A stretch of DNA of 64,000 nt. Source: Parcubacteria group bacterium. Lineage in GTDB: Bacteria; Patescibacteriota; Minisyncoccia; UBA10092. Positions 20,001 through 28,267 of the stretch are shown here, in pieces. How positions within the stretch are numbered: position 1 is the first letter of the stretch; each line of letters starts with the position of its first letter. The position numbers and the translations under genes are program-made. The notes under the pieces are model-generated. The model saw only the letters and a program-made list of their open reading frames with translations, was not told the DNA's origin and did not search any database. Where the stretch lies: contig JACPLW010000005.1 of assembly GCA_016186325.1 (NCBI GenBank), forward strand, positions 17,191-81,190. Reading direction: 5' to 3'.

Positions 20001-20628
20001 CAACAATAGGATATTCTATGTAAACGGAATCATGGGTAACTTCTTTATAATCCTCGGTAAGTATCTCATGCTGGGAAATGGCCGTACCGCAACGCCAGCA
20101 CCAGGGAACAACATCGTGCCCTTTGTAAAGCAGTCCTTTTTCTTTACATTTTTTCAAAAAGTGCCAGATGGCAACATTGTTTTCATTAGACATTGTGTAG
20201 TAACTGTTCTTCCAATCCATCCATTGGCCCAACCTGATTGATTGATTTGTTTGAATCGCGGAATACTTTCTCACGCGCTCTTTACACTTTTCAACGAATT
20301 TGGCAATGCCATATTTTTCAATGTCTTTTTTTGACTTAAAACCCAATTCTTTTTCCACCTCAACTTCAACCCAAAGCCCTTGGGCGTCAAATCCGTTTTG
20401 AAACCTCTGGTCAAATCCTCGCGCCGCTTTATATCTTTGGAACAGATCTTTGTAGGTTCTCCCCCACGCGTGATGAACTCCCATTGGATTATTGGCGGTA
20501 ATCGGCCCGTCTAAAAACGACCAACTTTTTTGGCCTTTAATTTTTTTCCGCAGCTTCTCAAAAATTTGATTATTTTGCCAAAAATCAAGGATTCTTTCTT
20601 CAGTTTTGGGACCAAAAGATTCTATCAT
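17095..20628 (-). CDS. ileS: Isoleucyl-tRNA synthetase (type 2) with an inserted histidine-phosphatase (PGAM/SixA-like) domain
   Basis: HIGH-like motif PMGVHHAWG; editing-domain motif TTPWTLPGN; KMSKS motif EEMHKSKGN. About 165 aa between residues ~500 and ~665 (nt ~18636..19131) carry FLRHGEAENN, LRTKETAQII and LIVSHANPI, the histidine phosphatase hallmarks. Confidence 0.9.
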   Translation of the reverse strand: MIESFGPKTEERILDFWQNNQIFEKLRKKIKGQKSWSFLDGPITANNPMGVHHAWGRTYKDLFQRYKAARGFDQRFQNGFDAQGLWVEVEVEKELGFKSKKDIEKYGIAKFVEKCKERVRKYSAIQTNQSIRLGQWMDWKNSYYTMSNENNVAIWHFLKKCKEKGLLYKGHDVVPWCWRCGTAISQHEILTEDYKEVTHDSVYIEYPIVGNRASNIFKKNTYLLVWTTTPWTLPGNAAVAVDPDKIYVEATDLEAPLPSELGSGASYYLIKEAAERLNLKIIRTFKGKELVDLTYKSPFDNLPAVKKALSGFIHKVVATDSRILPVSETEGTGLIHIAPGQGTEDYRLGKKIKIPAIDLINDAAFYVKGLGEFSGQNAKERPEIIIDYIKTAGFLFSAPKYTHRYPICWRCKTELVWKIADEWYISMDKLRNPLIKIAKKIKWIPSFGLEREIDWLKNMSDWLISKKRYWGLALPIFECRCGNFEVIGSLADFDKFSPKKLNHYIFLRHGEAENNRLKIISSYPEKKKYLLTIRGAKEIEKLVPWFKKKSVDLVFSSDLLRTKETAQIISGALGQKIIYDKRLREHDSGAYNGRTHGDWHSLFGGKVDQYVVRPSGGENLKDVKKRMMDFLKETDRKYEGKTILIVSHANPIIAAASSYQGYKNEEAFEKFSIDGVTGSVVEMAGHNWPYNNEGDLDLHRPYVDEIKIKCPKCDEKTSRILDVGNPWLDAGIVPYSTMRYFNEHVKLPDGSNVPGKKFWRKWFPAELVCESFPGQFKNWFYSLIVMSTVLEKLPPMKTVFGYASVRDEKGEEMHKSKGNAIWFDEAAEKIGVDVMRWMYVKQNPADNLKFGYGAAKESERKLINFWNSFIFFKTYLPAKISTGNLGGRGTNPQNLLDFWILSRLNNLIEKVTQNLDKYNPAYASRAIEEFFIDDLSLWHIRRSRERFQRPKSKKEKEEAAETLYFVLLNLVKVISPFLPFLSEEIYLFLKRDKMPESVHLCDWPKADKKLIDLKLEKQMGLVREISAEALALRAEAGIKVRQPLQALTIAETGLKKYPELLDLIKDEVNVKEIVFGDKIELDTKITTELKEEGLTREIARQIQGMRKDGGLTPKETIVVYMKGEENIQKIISKWEKTLTSEVGARKIEFVGVIKDGLLIDRHFKLESKDIWIGIAKM

Positions 20629-20632
20629 AATT

Positions 20633-22372
20633 TTACATCTTATCAGGAGCTTTTATCCCCATCAAGTTCAAAGCGTTTCCTAAAACGATTTTAGTTGCCG
20701 TAACCAAAGCCAATCGCGCGGAGGTTAACTTTTTGTCTTCTGTAATCACTCTTTCTTTTTCATAGAAATTGTGGAACTCCCGCGCCAGTTCCAGAGCATA
20801 GCGCGGCAAGCGATGGACTTCGTAATTTATCGCGATATCACTTAAAACCTCGGGAAACTCGGTGAGTTTCCTAATTAAATCAAATTCGGCATTTGTTTTT
20901 AATGCACTAAATTCAGAGCTTAAGACCTCGGCTTTAGAGACCTTTGCTTTGCGCAAATTAGAGACCTTTGCTTTGCGCAAAATTGAGGAAAGCCGCGCGT
21001 ACGCGTACTGCACATAATAAATCGGATTTTTTTGCGAACGTTCTTTGGCTAGCGATAAATCAAAATCCATGTGAGTATCGGATGAATACATCAAAAAGAA
21101 AAATCTCACGGCATCAAGCCCAATCTCACCAACCAGCTCGTCTAAAGTAACAAAAATTCCGGCTCGCTTTGAAACCTTTGCTTTTTTACCGCCGGAAACG
21201 AGGCGGACAAACTGAATCAGCACTATTTTTAAGCGCTCCGAATTAATCCCCAATGCTTTTAAAGCCCCCATCAAGCGCGGAATGTCTCCATGATGGTCGG
21301 CTCCCCAGATATTTATCGCTTTATTAAATTTTCTTACTTCAAATTTATTTAAATGATAAAGAATGTCAGACATAAAGTATGTTTCGTCGCCATTACTTTT
21401 TATCAAAACCCGGTCTTCGGTATCGCCTAATTCCGACGTTTTCATCCAAGTGGCGCCATCTTTTTCATAAATTAAATCTTTGCGCATTAAATCTTCCATT
21501 ACTTTTTCATACTGTCCCCCCTTATAAAGGGACTTTTCAGAAAACCAAACATCAAAATTTATTCCGAGCTTTTTTATAACCGGCTTTATATGCGTATTTA
21601 AAATTAAATCAACCGATGCCTGCCCGGCTTCTTCAATGCTAAAATTTTTGTCTATCTGTTTTGCCAAGTCGTTAATATAATCTCCTTTATATAAATTTTC
21701 TAATTCGGTTTTTTCTAAACTCAAATTCTCGCCCTGCGCTAGCTTGATTGATCTTCCAAGAGCAAGAATTTGGCCACCCCTATCATTTATATAAAACTCG
21801 CGAGTAATGTTATACCCTTGTGTTTCCAAAATATTAGCCAGCACATCACCATAAAACCCTCCTCGGCCATTAGCCATTGTTAAGGGCCCGGTGGGATTGG
21901 CAGAAATAAATTCAACTTGAACTTTGTAATTTTTACCGACATCAGAATTTCCGTATTTATTTTTTTCTTTCAGAACTTCCTTAAGTTGATGACGGAGACA
22001 TTCGGGCGACAGAAAAAAATTAATAAAACCGTTCACGGCATCAATTTTTGAAAATTCTTTCTTGTCCGCCGAAACTTTCTTGCCCGCCACAGCTTTAGCG
22101 TAGGAGGGAGTGAAGGCGGATATTTTTTGGCTATTTAACTTTTTAACTAATTCTTCGGCAATTATTTGCGGTGATTTTTTTCCGCCTGAGGCGAGATCTC
22201 GCCCCTTTTGGGCGGATAAAATTTTGGCAAGCAAAAAAGCGACGTTTGACGAATAGTCGCCATGTTCTCTATTCTCGGTAACTTTAACTAAAACCTCTCC
22301 CCTAAACTCCGGAGCGATTTTTCGAATAATGTCGTTTAGATAGGTTTTTATAAGCTCTTTCATTCCATACAT
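20633..22372 (-). CDS. argS: Arginyl-tRNA synthetase
   Basis: Class I ArgRS motifs (FISANPTGPLTMANGRGG); carries a 24-nt in-frame tandem duplication (LRKAKVSN twice). Confidence 0.9.
   Translation of the reverse strand: MYGMKELIKTYLNDIIRKIAPEFRGEVLVKVTENREHGDYSSNVAFLLAKILSAQKGRDLASGGKKSPQIIAEELVKKLNSQKISAFTPSYAKAVAGKKVSADKKEFSKIDAVNGFINFFLSPECLRHQLKEVLKEKNKYGNSDVGKNYKVQVEFISANPTGPLTMANGRGGFYGDVLANILETQGYNITREFYINDRGGQILALGRSIKLAQGENLSLEKTELENLYKGDYINDLAKQIDKNFSIEEAGQASVDLILNTHIKPVIKKLGINFDVWFSEKSLYKGGQYEKVMEDLMRKDLIYEKDGATWMKTSELGDTEDRVLIKSNGDETYFMSDILYHLNKFEVRKFNKAINIWGADHHGDIPRLMGALKALGINSERLKIVLIQFVRLVSGGKKAKVSKRAGIFVTLDELVGEIGLDAVRFFFLMYSSDTHMDFDLSLAKERSQKNPIYYVQYAYARLSSILRKAKVSNLRKAKVSKAEVLSSEFSALKTNAEFDLIRKLTEFPEVLSDIAINYEVHRLPRYALELAREFHNFYEKERVITEDKKLTSARLALVTATKIVLGNALNLMGIKAPDKM
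20937..20985. repeat. 24-nt tandem duplication with a palindromic TTTGCGCAAA core, in-frame in argS
   Basis: agagacctttgctttgcgcaaatt twice, giving LRKAKVSN LRKAKVSK. Confidence 0.6.
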
Positions 22373-22420
22373 ATTTTAACCCGATTTTGATAAAAATAAA
22401 ACTACTGATAGAATTCGGGT

Positions 22421-22888
22421 ATGGCAATATTCTCCGAAAACCGAAAGGCTCACTTTGATTACGAAATCCTAGAAATTTTTGAGGCAGGCTTAGTGTTGTC
22501 TGGCGCCGAGGTTAAGTCAATAAAAGGAGGGCGCATGAACTTAGCCGGCTCTTACGTTAACTTCCATAATGGCGAACCCTATCTAATCGGCGCTTCAATC
22601 GCTCCTTATCAGCCAAAGAACCAGCCATCCGACTACGACCCGTCTCGCTCAAGAAAATTGCTTTTGAATAAAAAAGAAGTTGACTATATTTCCGGTAAAA
22701 CAAAACAAAAAAGCTTGACTTTAGTGCCTTTAAAGGTATATAATAAAGGCCGCCGAATTAAACTGGAATTTGGTTTGGTCAGGGGTAAAAAGCAGTATGA
22801 CAAACGCGATGCTATAAGCCGACGAGAAATAGAGAGAGAAATCGACAGAAAAATTAAACAAGAGCATGGGAGTGACGGGCTTCGATAG
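22421..22888 (+). CDS. smpB: SsrA-binding protein
   Basis: Typical SmpB sequence (GAEVKSIKGG, basic C-terminal tail). Confidence 0.9.
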   Translation: MAIFSENRKAHFDYEILEIFEAGLVLSGAEVKSIKGGRMNLAGSYVNFHNGEPYLIGASIAPYQPKNQPSDYDPSRSRKLLLNKKEVDYISGKTKQKSLTLVPLKVYNKGRRIKLEFGLVRGKKQYDKRDAISRREIEREIDRKIKQEHGSDGLR

Positions 22889-23275
22889 AACTTGAAAATT
22901 AAATATGCAGGACGAGGATATCTCGTAACCTTGAAAATCCGTCCCGCAGTTGCGGGATGCGACAATCCCCGAGATCCAGCAAATAACTGGCAAAACAAAT
23001 TTAACTCCTGCTTTAGCTTTTGCTTAAGTAGGTTTTACCCCGCGAAGCTTTAGCGTAGTGGGGCATCGGTCGCCTGACGCCCAGTAGGACGATACCGGTG
23101 TCAACAATTGGGCTCTAACCTGAAAATTCTTCGGTTCGGGTTGAACTAAAGAAGAAATTGGGAACCTTCCATTTTGACTGTTTCAAGGAGGATTTTCAAA
23201 AAATTCAAACAGCCTACGCCTGTAGAAATATTTAATTAAAAATTCTAGATGCGAGTTCAACTCTCGCCACTTCCA
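22868..23275 (+). ncRNA. ssrA: tmRNA (ssrA), one-piece; 5' end overlaps the last 7 codons of smpB; CCA not encoded
   Basis: 5' GGGAGTG-ACGGGC-TTCGATAG resembles the tmRNA 5' acceptor strand plus TTCGA D-analog. 3' end GCGAG-TTCAACT-CTCGC (T-arm, T-loop identical to E. coli tmRNA), then CACTTCC (pairs with GGGAGTG) and discriminator A. Internal tag-like frame ...ggc aaa aca aat tta act cct gct tta gct ttt gct taa gives GKTNLTPALAFA followed by a stop. Confidence 0.7.
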
Positions 23276-23448
23276 TTCGACTCGTCTCTCGCTAACGCTC
23301 GAGACTCGCTCATGGCAAGCCACTCGTTGTAATTAACTTGAGTCGCTCACTATTGAACAAGTCGAATGTCCCGAGCGTAGTCGAGGGACACAATAAAATA
23401 TCAGATAATTATCTGGTATTTTATTTTTATAGATGCTATATAATTTTT

Positions 23449-23715
23449 ATGCATTACGTTTATATGATAAAAAATTCTTCTGGCAAATTGTATGTTGGTG
23501 TAACAGAAGATTTAAATAAAAGACTTTACTACCACAACACTAAACAAGGTGCTAATTTTACTAAATATAAATCTAAATTTGAAATAGTTTTTGAAGAAAA
23601 ATATCCCACTCTTGCAGAAGCACGAAAACGTGAGGCTCAAATTAAGAAATGGCGCAGAGAAAAGAAAAAAATACTAATAAAAAGATTCATTGCCGGATTG
23701 TCTACTAAATTATAA
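23449..23715 (+). CDS. GIY-YIG nuclease superfamily protein (small, stand-alone)
   Basis: MHYVYMIKNSSGKLYVGVTEDLNKRLYYHN matches the GIY-YIG core (YVY...GKLYVG...L..RL..H). The true start is probably this internal Met rather than the ORF-track start at 23338. Confidence 0.6.
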   Translation: MHYVYMIKNSSGKLYVGVTEDLNKRLYYHNTKQGANFTKYKSKFEIVFEEKYPTLAEARKREAQIKKWRREKKKILIKRFIAGLSTKL

Positions 23716-23756
23716 AAAACGGAAAACCCGCCGTTCACTTTTGTTACTAGATGGGG

Positions 23757-23785
23757 TTGACTTATGCATAAAACCCGTGTATATT
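23757..23785 (+). promoter_or_regulatory. Sigma70-like promoter for the infC-rpmI-rplT operon
   Basis: TTGACT, 17-nt spacer, TATATT, about 40 nt upstream of the infC start. Confidence 0.45.
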
Positions 23786-23825
23786 GGATTTTATCAGAAA
23801 CTTAAATATAAATTTCTAACGGGAC

Positions 23826-24341
23826 TTGTTAAAAAAACTTAAAATCAACAATCAAATAACCGCCGTAGAGTTGAGAGTAACAGATGAAGACGGGGAGCAA
23901 ATCGGCATTATGAGCCGTGAAGAGGCGTTAAAGTTAGCCCAAGAAAGGGGCCTTGACTTGATTGAAGTGGCGCCAATGGCCAAGCCGCCGGTAGCCCGGA
24001 TCTTCGACTACGGCAAATATCTTTACCGTGAGCAAAAGGAAGAAAGAAAACAAAGGGCTAAACAGAAAAAAGACTCTTCAAAAATCATCCGGCTCAATTT
24101 GAACACCGGTTTGAATGACTTAAAAATCAAGGCGGAAAAAGCAAGCGAGTTTCTAAAAGAAGGCACCCACGTTCAAATAGAACTTGTTTTAAAGGGCCGC
24201 GCCAAATACCATAAGACTTTTTCCGATTTAGGCAAGAAAAAAATTGAGGATTTTCTAAAATTAATCAGCACGCCAAATAAAGTTATTTCGGAACTAAAAA
24301 AACAGCCTCGAGGATTTAACATCACAATTATCAAACAGTAA
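23826..24341 (+). CDS. infC: Translation initiation factor IF-3 (apparent TTG start)
   Basis: VRVTDEDGEQIGIMSREEALKLAQERGLDLIEVAPMAKPPVARIFDYGKY is canonical IF-3. Confidence 0.85.
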   Translation: MLKKLKINNQITAVELRVTDEDGEQIGIMSREEALKLAQERGLDLIEVAPMAKPPVARIFDYGKYLYREQKEERKQRAKQKKDSSKIIRLNLNTGLNDLKIKAEKASEFLKEGTHVQIELVLKGRAKYHKTFSDLGKKKIEDFLKLISTPNKVISELKKQPRGFNITIIKQ

Positions 24342-24387
24342 AGACATTTTTTTATAAAGCGTTGCGGGCAGGCAGAATAAAATTAAT

Positions 24388-24591
24388 ATGCCTAAAATAA
24401 AAACCAACAAATCAATACAAAGCCGCATTAAAATAACCGGAGGGGGTAAATTATTAAGGCGCCCAACACATCAGTCGCACTTCAATGCCAAAGAATCTTC
24501 TAGACAAACACGAATAAAACATGGGGTTAAGCAGGTAAAAAAAAGTGATTATAAATCGTTTATAAAATATCTTCCGTATGCCAAGAGTTAA
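24388..24591 (+). CDS. rpmI: 50S ribosomal protein L35
   Basis: MPKIKTNKSIQSRIKITGGGKLLRR; 67 aa; in the conserved infC-rpmI-rplT order. Confidence 0.9.
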   Translation: MPKIKTNKSIQSRIKITGGGKLLRRPTHQSHFNAKESSRQTRIKHGVKQVKKSDYKSFIKYLPYAKS

Positions 24592-24928
24592 ACGAGGGAA
24601 AATAGCGTTAAAAAGACGCGAAAAAATATTAAAATATACCAAGGGTTTCAAGTGGGGCCGTAAATCAAAAGAAAGAGCCGCTAAAGAAGCTCTGCTTCAC
24701 GCGTGGGTTCACGCTTACCGCGACCGGAAAGTCAAAAAAAGAACTAACCGCGCTCTTTGGCAAATTCAGATTAATGCCGCGGTAAGACCGGAAGGATTAA
24801 ATTATAGCCGATTTATGCACGGCCTCAAAAAAGCCAAAATTGAAATTGACAGGAAGATTTTATCGGAACTGGCGCGCAGCCATCCCGAAATTTTTAAGGA
24901 AATAATAGAAAAAGCTAAAATAAGTTAA
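24578..24928 (+). CDS. rplT: 50S ribosomal protein L20
   Basis: MPRVKRGKIALKRREKILKYTKGF... is canonical L20. Confidence 0.9.
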   Translation: MPRVKRGKIALKRREKILKYTKGFKWGRKSKERAAKEALLHAWVHAYRDRKVKKRTNRALWQIQINAAVRPEGLNYSRFMHGLKKAKIEIDRKILSELARSHPEIFKEIIEKAKIS

Positions 24929-24932
24929 AAAA

Positions 24933-24962
24933 GAAAAAAGCCGCTTTTAGCGGATTTTTTCT
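24933..24962. terminator. Rho-independent terminator after rplT (could act in both directions)
   Basis: aaaagccgcttttagcggattttttctttttt: stem ccgct/agcgg flanked by an A-run and a T-run. Confidence 0.5.
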
Positions 24963-25201
24963 TTTTTAAGTAATAGTGTTTTTTTATCCGCACCGCGATT
25001 GTAGCCGCCAATTTTCCCGTCCGAACGAATCACTCTATGACAAGGAATTTTTGGATCAAAATTTTTATTTAAAATATTGCCGATCGCGCGCCACGCCTTC
25101 GGTTTCCCCGCCTCCTGGGCAATTTCTTTATAGGTCGCCGTTCTCCCTTTGGATACTCTCCTAACTGCCCTAAAAACTTTTTCTTTAAAACTATATTTCA
25201 T
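24947..25201 (-). CDS. MGMT-family (methylated-DNA-protein-cysteine methyltransferase DNA-binding domain) small protein
   Basis: The PCHRVI active-site motif is present (IPCHRVIRSDGKIGGY). The functional start is likely the internal Met (MKYSFKEKVF...) rather than the ORF-track start at 25324. Confidence 0.55.
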   Translation of the reverse strand: MKYSFKEKVFRAVRRVSKGRTATYKEIAQEAGKPKAWRAIGNILNKNFDPKIPCHRVIRSDGKIGGYNRGADKKTLLLKKEKIR

Positions 25202-25245
25202 AATAAAAAATAAAAAAATAACAAATGAGTAAATGTAGCCGGTCA

Positions 25246-25282
25246 TGCGATAGTTGGACAAACTGCAATTTAATACTAACTC
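25246..25282. promoter_or_regulatory. Copy 1 of a ~32-nt repeated element (tgcgat-gttggacaaactgca-tttaa), upstream of the MGMT-like gene
   Basis: Matches 25797..25828 at 29 of 32 positions. Its reverse complement contains TTGTCC, an 18-nt spacer, then TACATT. Confidence 0.4.
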
Positions 25283-25734
25283 TCTAGATAAATCGGTTGC
25301 CCGCTTTCTAATGATTCCAGGCACTTTACAACCCTTACCATGGCTTTCGGATTTAATAATTTTATAGCTTCCTGCGGCTTAGAAAATTTATATTCGCTAA
25401 TCTCCTTTTGGTCTATATTTATGCATTTAATCTTTTCTATTCCCAAAATTCCACCGAAAAATATAAATTTTAATGCATCGCCTTTTTCACGATTATGGGT
25501 GTAATCAACCAATAAGAGATCTTTAATTTTAACGTACAATCCTATTTCTTCTTTCACTTCGCGTCTACAACCCGCTAGTGGCGACTCGTCTTTATCAACT
25601 ATTCCTCCTGGTAAAGTCCAATTTGGTTTATAAGATGGTTTAACAATTAAAATTTCTTTTTTCTTGTTAAGAAACAGAGCCGCTGACGCAACTCTTTTCC
25701 TTGGTAAATTTTTATAAAATTTTTTATCTATCAT
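25276..25734 (-). CDS. NUDIX hydrolase
   Basis: Nudix box GGIVDKDESPLAGCRREVKEEIGL (G-x5-E-x7-REVxEExG). Confidence 0.8.
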   Translation of the reverse strand: MIDKKFYKNLPRKRVASAALFLNKKKEILIVKPSYKPNWTLPGGIVDKDESPLAGCRREVKEEIGLYVKIKDLLLVDYTHNREKGDALKFIFFGGILGIEKIKCINIDQKEISEYKFSKPQEAIKLLNPKAMVRVVKCLESLESGQPIYLES

Positions 25735-25796
25735 TATATTTTCTTTAATTTAAATTTTTTAATCCAGTCCTAATCTTCTAACTTAATTTCAGTTAT

Positions 25797-25828
25797 TCGT
25801 GCGATCGTTGGACAAACTGCATTTTAAA
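25797..25828. promoter_or_regulatory. Copy 2 of the ~32-nt repeated element, upstream of the NUDIX gene
   Basis: tgcgatcgttggacaaactgcattttaaactc. Its reverse complement gives TTGTCC, an 18-nt spacer, then TGAAAT. Confidence 0.4.
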
Positions 25829-25846
25829 CTCTTGCTAAATCAAACA

Positions 25847-26416
25847 TTAAAGTAAGCCGAACCTATTCCTTAAGTCGAACTCAATATCGACATCTCTCAC
25901 TCTTAAGTATCTTATATAAGGTACTAATTCAAAAATCTCAGCTATAAAATCAATTTCATTTTTACATTCATGGGGATGGATAAAAACACTTTTTTGCATT
26001 GGATAAAAACCAATTTCCTTAAGTTTTACAGCCAGCGCCGTTCTTCCTTTTTTCTTATCTTCGGGAATATCAAAAGTTACTACGCGCCATAATCTATCCC
26101 ATTTTAGAGGTTTTTTGATTTCAATTTTATCTAAATTGTAAACTAAAACCTTTTTTTGACCCACTTCAGTTAAGACAAGGCGAACAGTGCCATCTTTATT
26201 TTCTTTATAATCTATAATTTTTGCCTTGTATAATTTCTTTATTGATTCTCTTAAACTGCGCTCATTTACCTTTCTCCACTCTTTGGCAACGTCTTTCAAA
26301 ATCTTAAAGTAGGCATCGGGACGGCCCGTCAAAGATAAAACGAGTCCCGCTTGCAAAAGCAATAAAACTTTTTTTCCCACGTGTCCTAAATGTCGCATTA
26401 TCCAAGATAGTATCAA
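25847..26416 (-). CDS. PaaX-like transcriptional regulator homolog (paralog of 12670..13230)
   Basis: WRVVTFDIPEDKKKGRTALAVKLKEIGFYPMQKSVFIHPHECKNEIDFIAE; N-terminal hydrophobic segment plus a wHTH-like region. Confidence 0.45.
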   Translation of the reverse strand: MILSWIMRHLGHVGKKVLLLLQAGLVLSLTGRPDAYFKILKDVAKEWRKVNERSLRESIKKLYKAKIIDYKENKDGTVRLVLTEVGQKKVLVYNLDKIEIKKPLKWDRLWRVVTFDIPEDKKKGRTALAVKLKEIGFYPMQKSVFIHPHECKNEIDFIAEIFELVPYIRYLRVRDVDIEFDLRNRFGLL

Positions 26417-26542
26417 AAAATTTTGCGGTCGGTCAAGCGATCGCAGGACGAGCTACAAATCAACTGAAACAAAAAAATATTGAAACCAAAACCTTTAAAC
26501 AAATACCACGCGCGGTAAAATCGAAGGGGAAATGTCGCTATT

Positions 26543-28267
26543 TTACTTTAATAATTTTAACATTTCTTTCCACGGCCTCGTGTTAACAATATCCGATGAC
26601 TTGGCCCAGCCGCGGCGCGCTTGAGCGATGCCAAATTCCAAGTAATGGAAACTGTTTTTTGAGTGAGCATCGGTATCAATGGATAGTTTTACTCCGGCCC
26701 CAACCGCTTTGCGAATATATTCGTCTTTCAAATCAAGACGGTGGGGATCAGCGTCAATCTCAAGAACGGTGCCGGTTTCTTTAGCTATTTTAATGATTTC
26801 ATCTATATCAACATCGTAGGGTTCGCGCTTTTGAATTAATCGGCCGGTGGGATGAAATAATATATCGGCATTTTTATTTATCATCGCCTTTATAATTCGT
26901 TTTGTTTGTTCTGCACGGGAAAGATTGAAATGCGAATGAACTGCGATCCCGACGACATCAAGCTTGGCTAAAACCGCATCTTCTATATCAAGCGAGCCAT
27001 CTTTTAATATATTGACTTCAGCACCTTTTAAGATCCTGAATTTTGTCCCGCCGATGCGGGATTGAATTTTATCTATTGCAGCCATTTGTTTTAGTAATTT
27101 TTTTTCGTCGGAGCCGCCGGTCATCGCCAAACTTTTTGTGTGATCGGTAATGGCAATATATTCTAACCCCGCATCAAACGCGGCTTTTGCCATTTCTTCT
27201 ATCGAGTTTTCACCATCAGTCCAATTAGTTTGGACTTGAAGATCCCCTTTTATTTCGTTGTATCCTATAAGTTTCGGAAGTTTATTTTTTAGAGCGACCT
27301 GAATTTCACCGCTATCAGTCCTTATTTCCGGAGGCGGTGTTTGCATTTTCAATGTTTTATAAATTTCTTCTTCGGTTCTTCCGACAATTAACTTTTTTCC
27401 TTTAAAAAGTCCGTACTCATTCAATTTATAACCCATTTTCTCGGCTAAGGCTCTCAAAGTTATATTATGCCGCTTGTCACCGGTAAAATACTGTAAAGTA
27501 GCTCCGAAACTTTTATCGGCCACAACACGAATATCGGCATCCATACCATTTTTTAGCCGCACCATTGTTTTCGTAGACCCAGAAGAATAAACATGGGCGA
27601 TTTCCGGAATTTTCAAGAAAAAATCTGTCACTTCTTGTGGTTTGCTCGAAGTTACTAAAATATCCAAATCACCGACTGTTTCCTGCATTCTTCTGATAGA
27701 GCCGGCGATCGCTACGCGATCTACCGATTTTATTTTTTTCAACCGGTCTTCTATTGTTCTTGCAAGCGGTAAAACATCTCCCAAAAGAAACCGCCCGCTG
27801 GATTTTTTTAAAAACTCAATGCCTTTTAAAATTTTTTGTTCCGTTTTGCCGCCGAAACCCGCCATTTTGGCGATTTTTCCGGCTTTGGCCGCTTTTTCCA
27901 AATCACCGATATTTCTAACTTTAAGTTTCTTATAAAGCCTGAAAATCGCTTTTGGCCCAACGCCTTCAACTCTCGACAATTCGCTTATGTTGACCGGCAA
28001 TGATTTTTTTAACATTTGATAATATTTTAAATGACCGGTTTTAATAAGTTCTTCAATCTTTTCCGCGATAGAAATGCCAACGCCGGGGATATCTTCAACG
28101 GCTTTTAATCCGCCTTTTTTATATATTTCCGCTACTTCCTCTTCAAGATTTTCAATGGAATAACCGGCTTTTTCGTACGCGCGAGGTTTGAAAGGTATCC
28201 TTTTTATTTCTAAATATTCGCCTATTTCATAAATAATTTTCGCTATTTCTTTGTTGCTTAGTTTCAT
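26543..28267 (-). CDS. Family X DNA polymerase with C-terminal PHP domain (PolX)
   Basis: Helix-hairpin-helix N-terminus (IPGVGISIAEKIEE), a pol-beta-like nucleotidyltransferase core (GSIRRMQETVGDLDILV), and C-terminal PHP histidine-rich motifs (ITDHTKS, AVHSHFN). Confidence 0.85.
   Translation of the reverse strand: MKLSNKEIAKIIYEIGEYLEIKRIPFKPRAYEKAGYSIENLEEEVAEIYKKGGLKAVEDIPGVGISIAEKIEELIKTGHLKYYQMLKKSLPVNISELSRVEGVGPKAIFRLYKKLKVRNIGDLEKAAKAGKIAKMAGFGGKTEQKILKGIEFLKKSSGRFLLGDVLPLARTIEDRLKKIKSVDRVAIAGSIRRMQETVGDLDILVTSSKPQEVTDFFLKIPEIAHVYSSGSTKTMVRLKNGMDADIRVVADKSFGATLQYFTGDKRHNITLRALAEKMGYKLNEYGLFKGKKLIVGRTEEEIYKTLKMQTPPPEIRTDSGEIQVALKNKLPKLIGYNEIKGDLQVQTNWTDGENSIEEMAKAAFDAGLEYIAITDHTKSLAMTGGSDEKKLLKQMAAIDKIQSRIGGTKFRILKGAEVNILKDGSLDIEDAVLAKLDVVGIAVHSHFNLSRAEQTKRIIKAMINKNADILFHPTGRLIQKREPYDVDIDEIIKIAKETGTVLEIDADPHRLDLKDEYIRKAVGAGVKLSIDTDAHSKNSFHYLEFGIAQARRGWAKSSDIVNTRPWKEMLKLLK

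Noticed and set aside
22941-22956. Hairpin tcccgcagttgcggga that resembles the CDS-inserted GC palindromes
   Set aside because: It lies inside the predicted tmRNA (helix / pseudoknot-1 region) where a GC-rich hairpin is expected. It is treated as intrinsic tmRNA structure rather than an inserted element, although the sequence similarity is curious.
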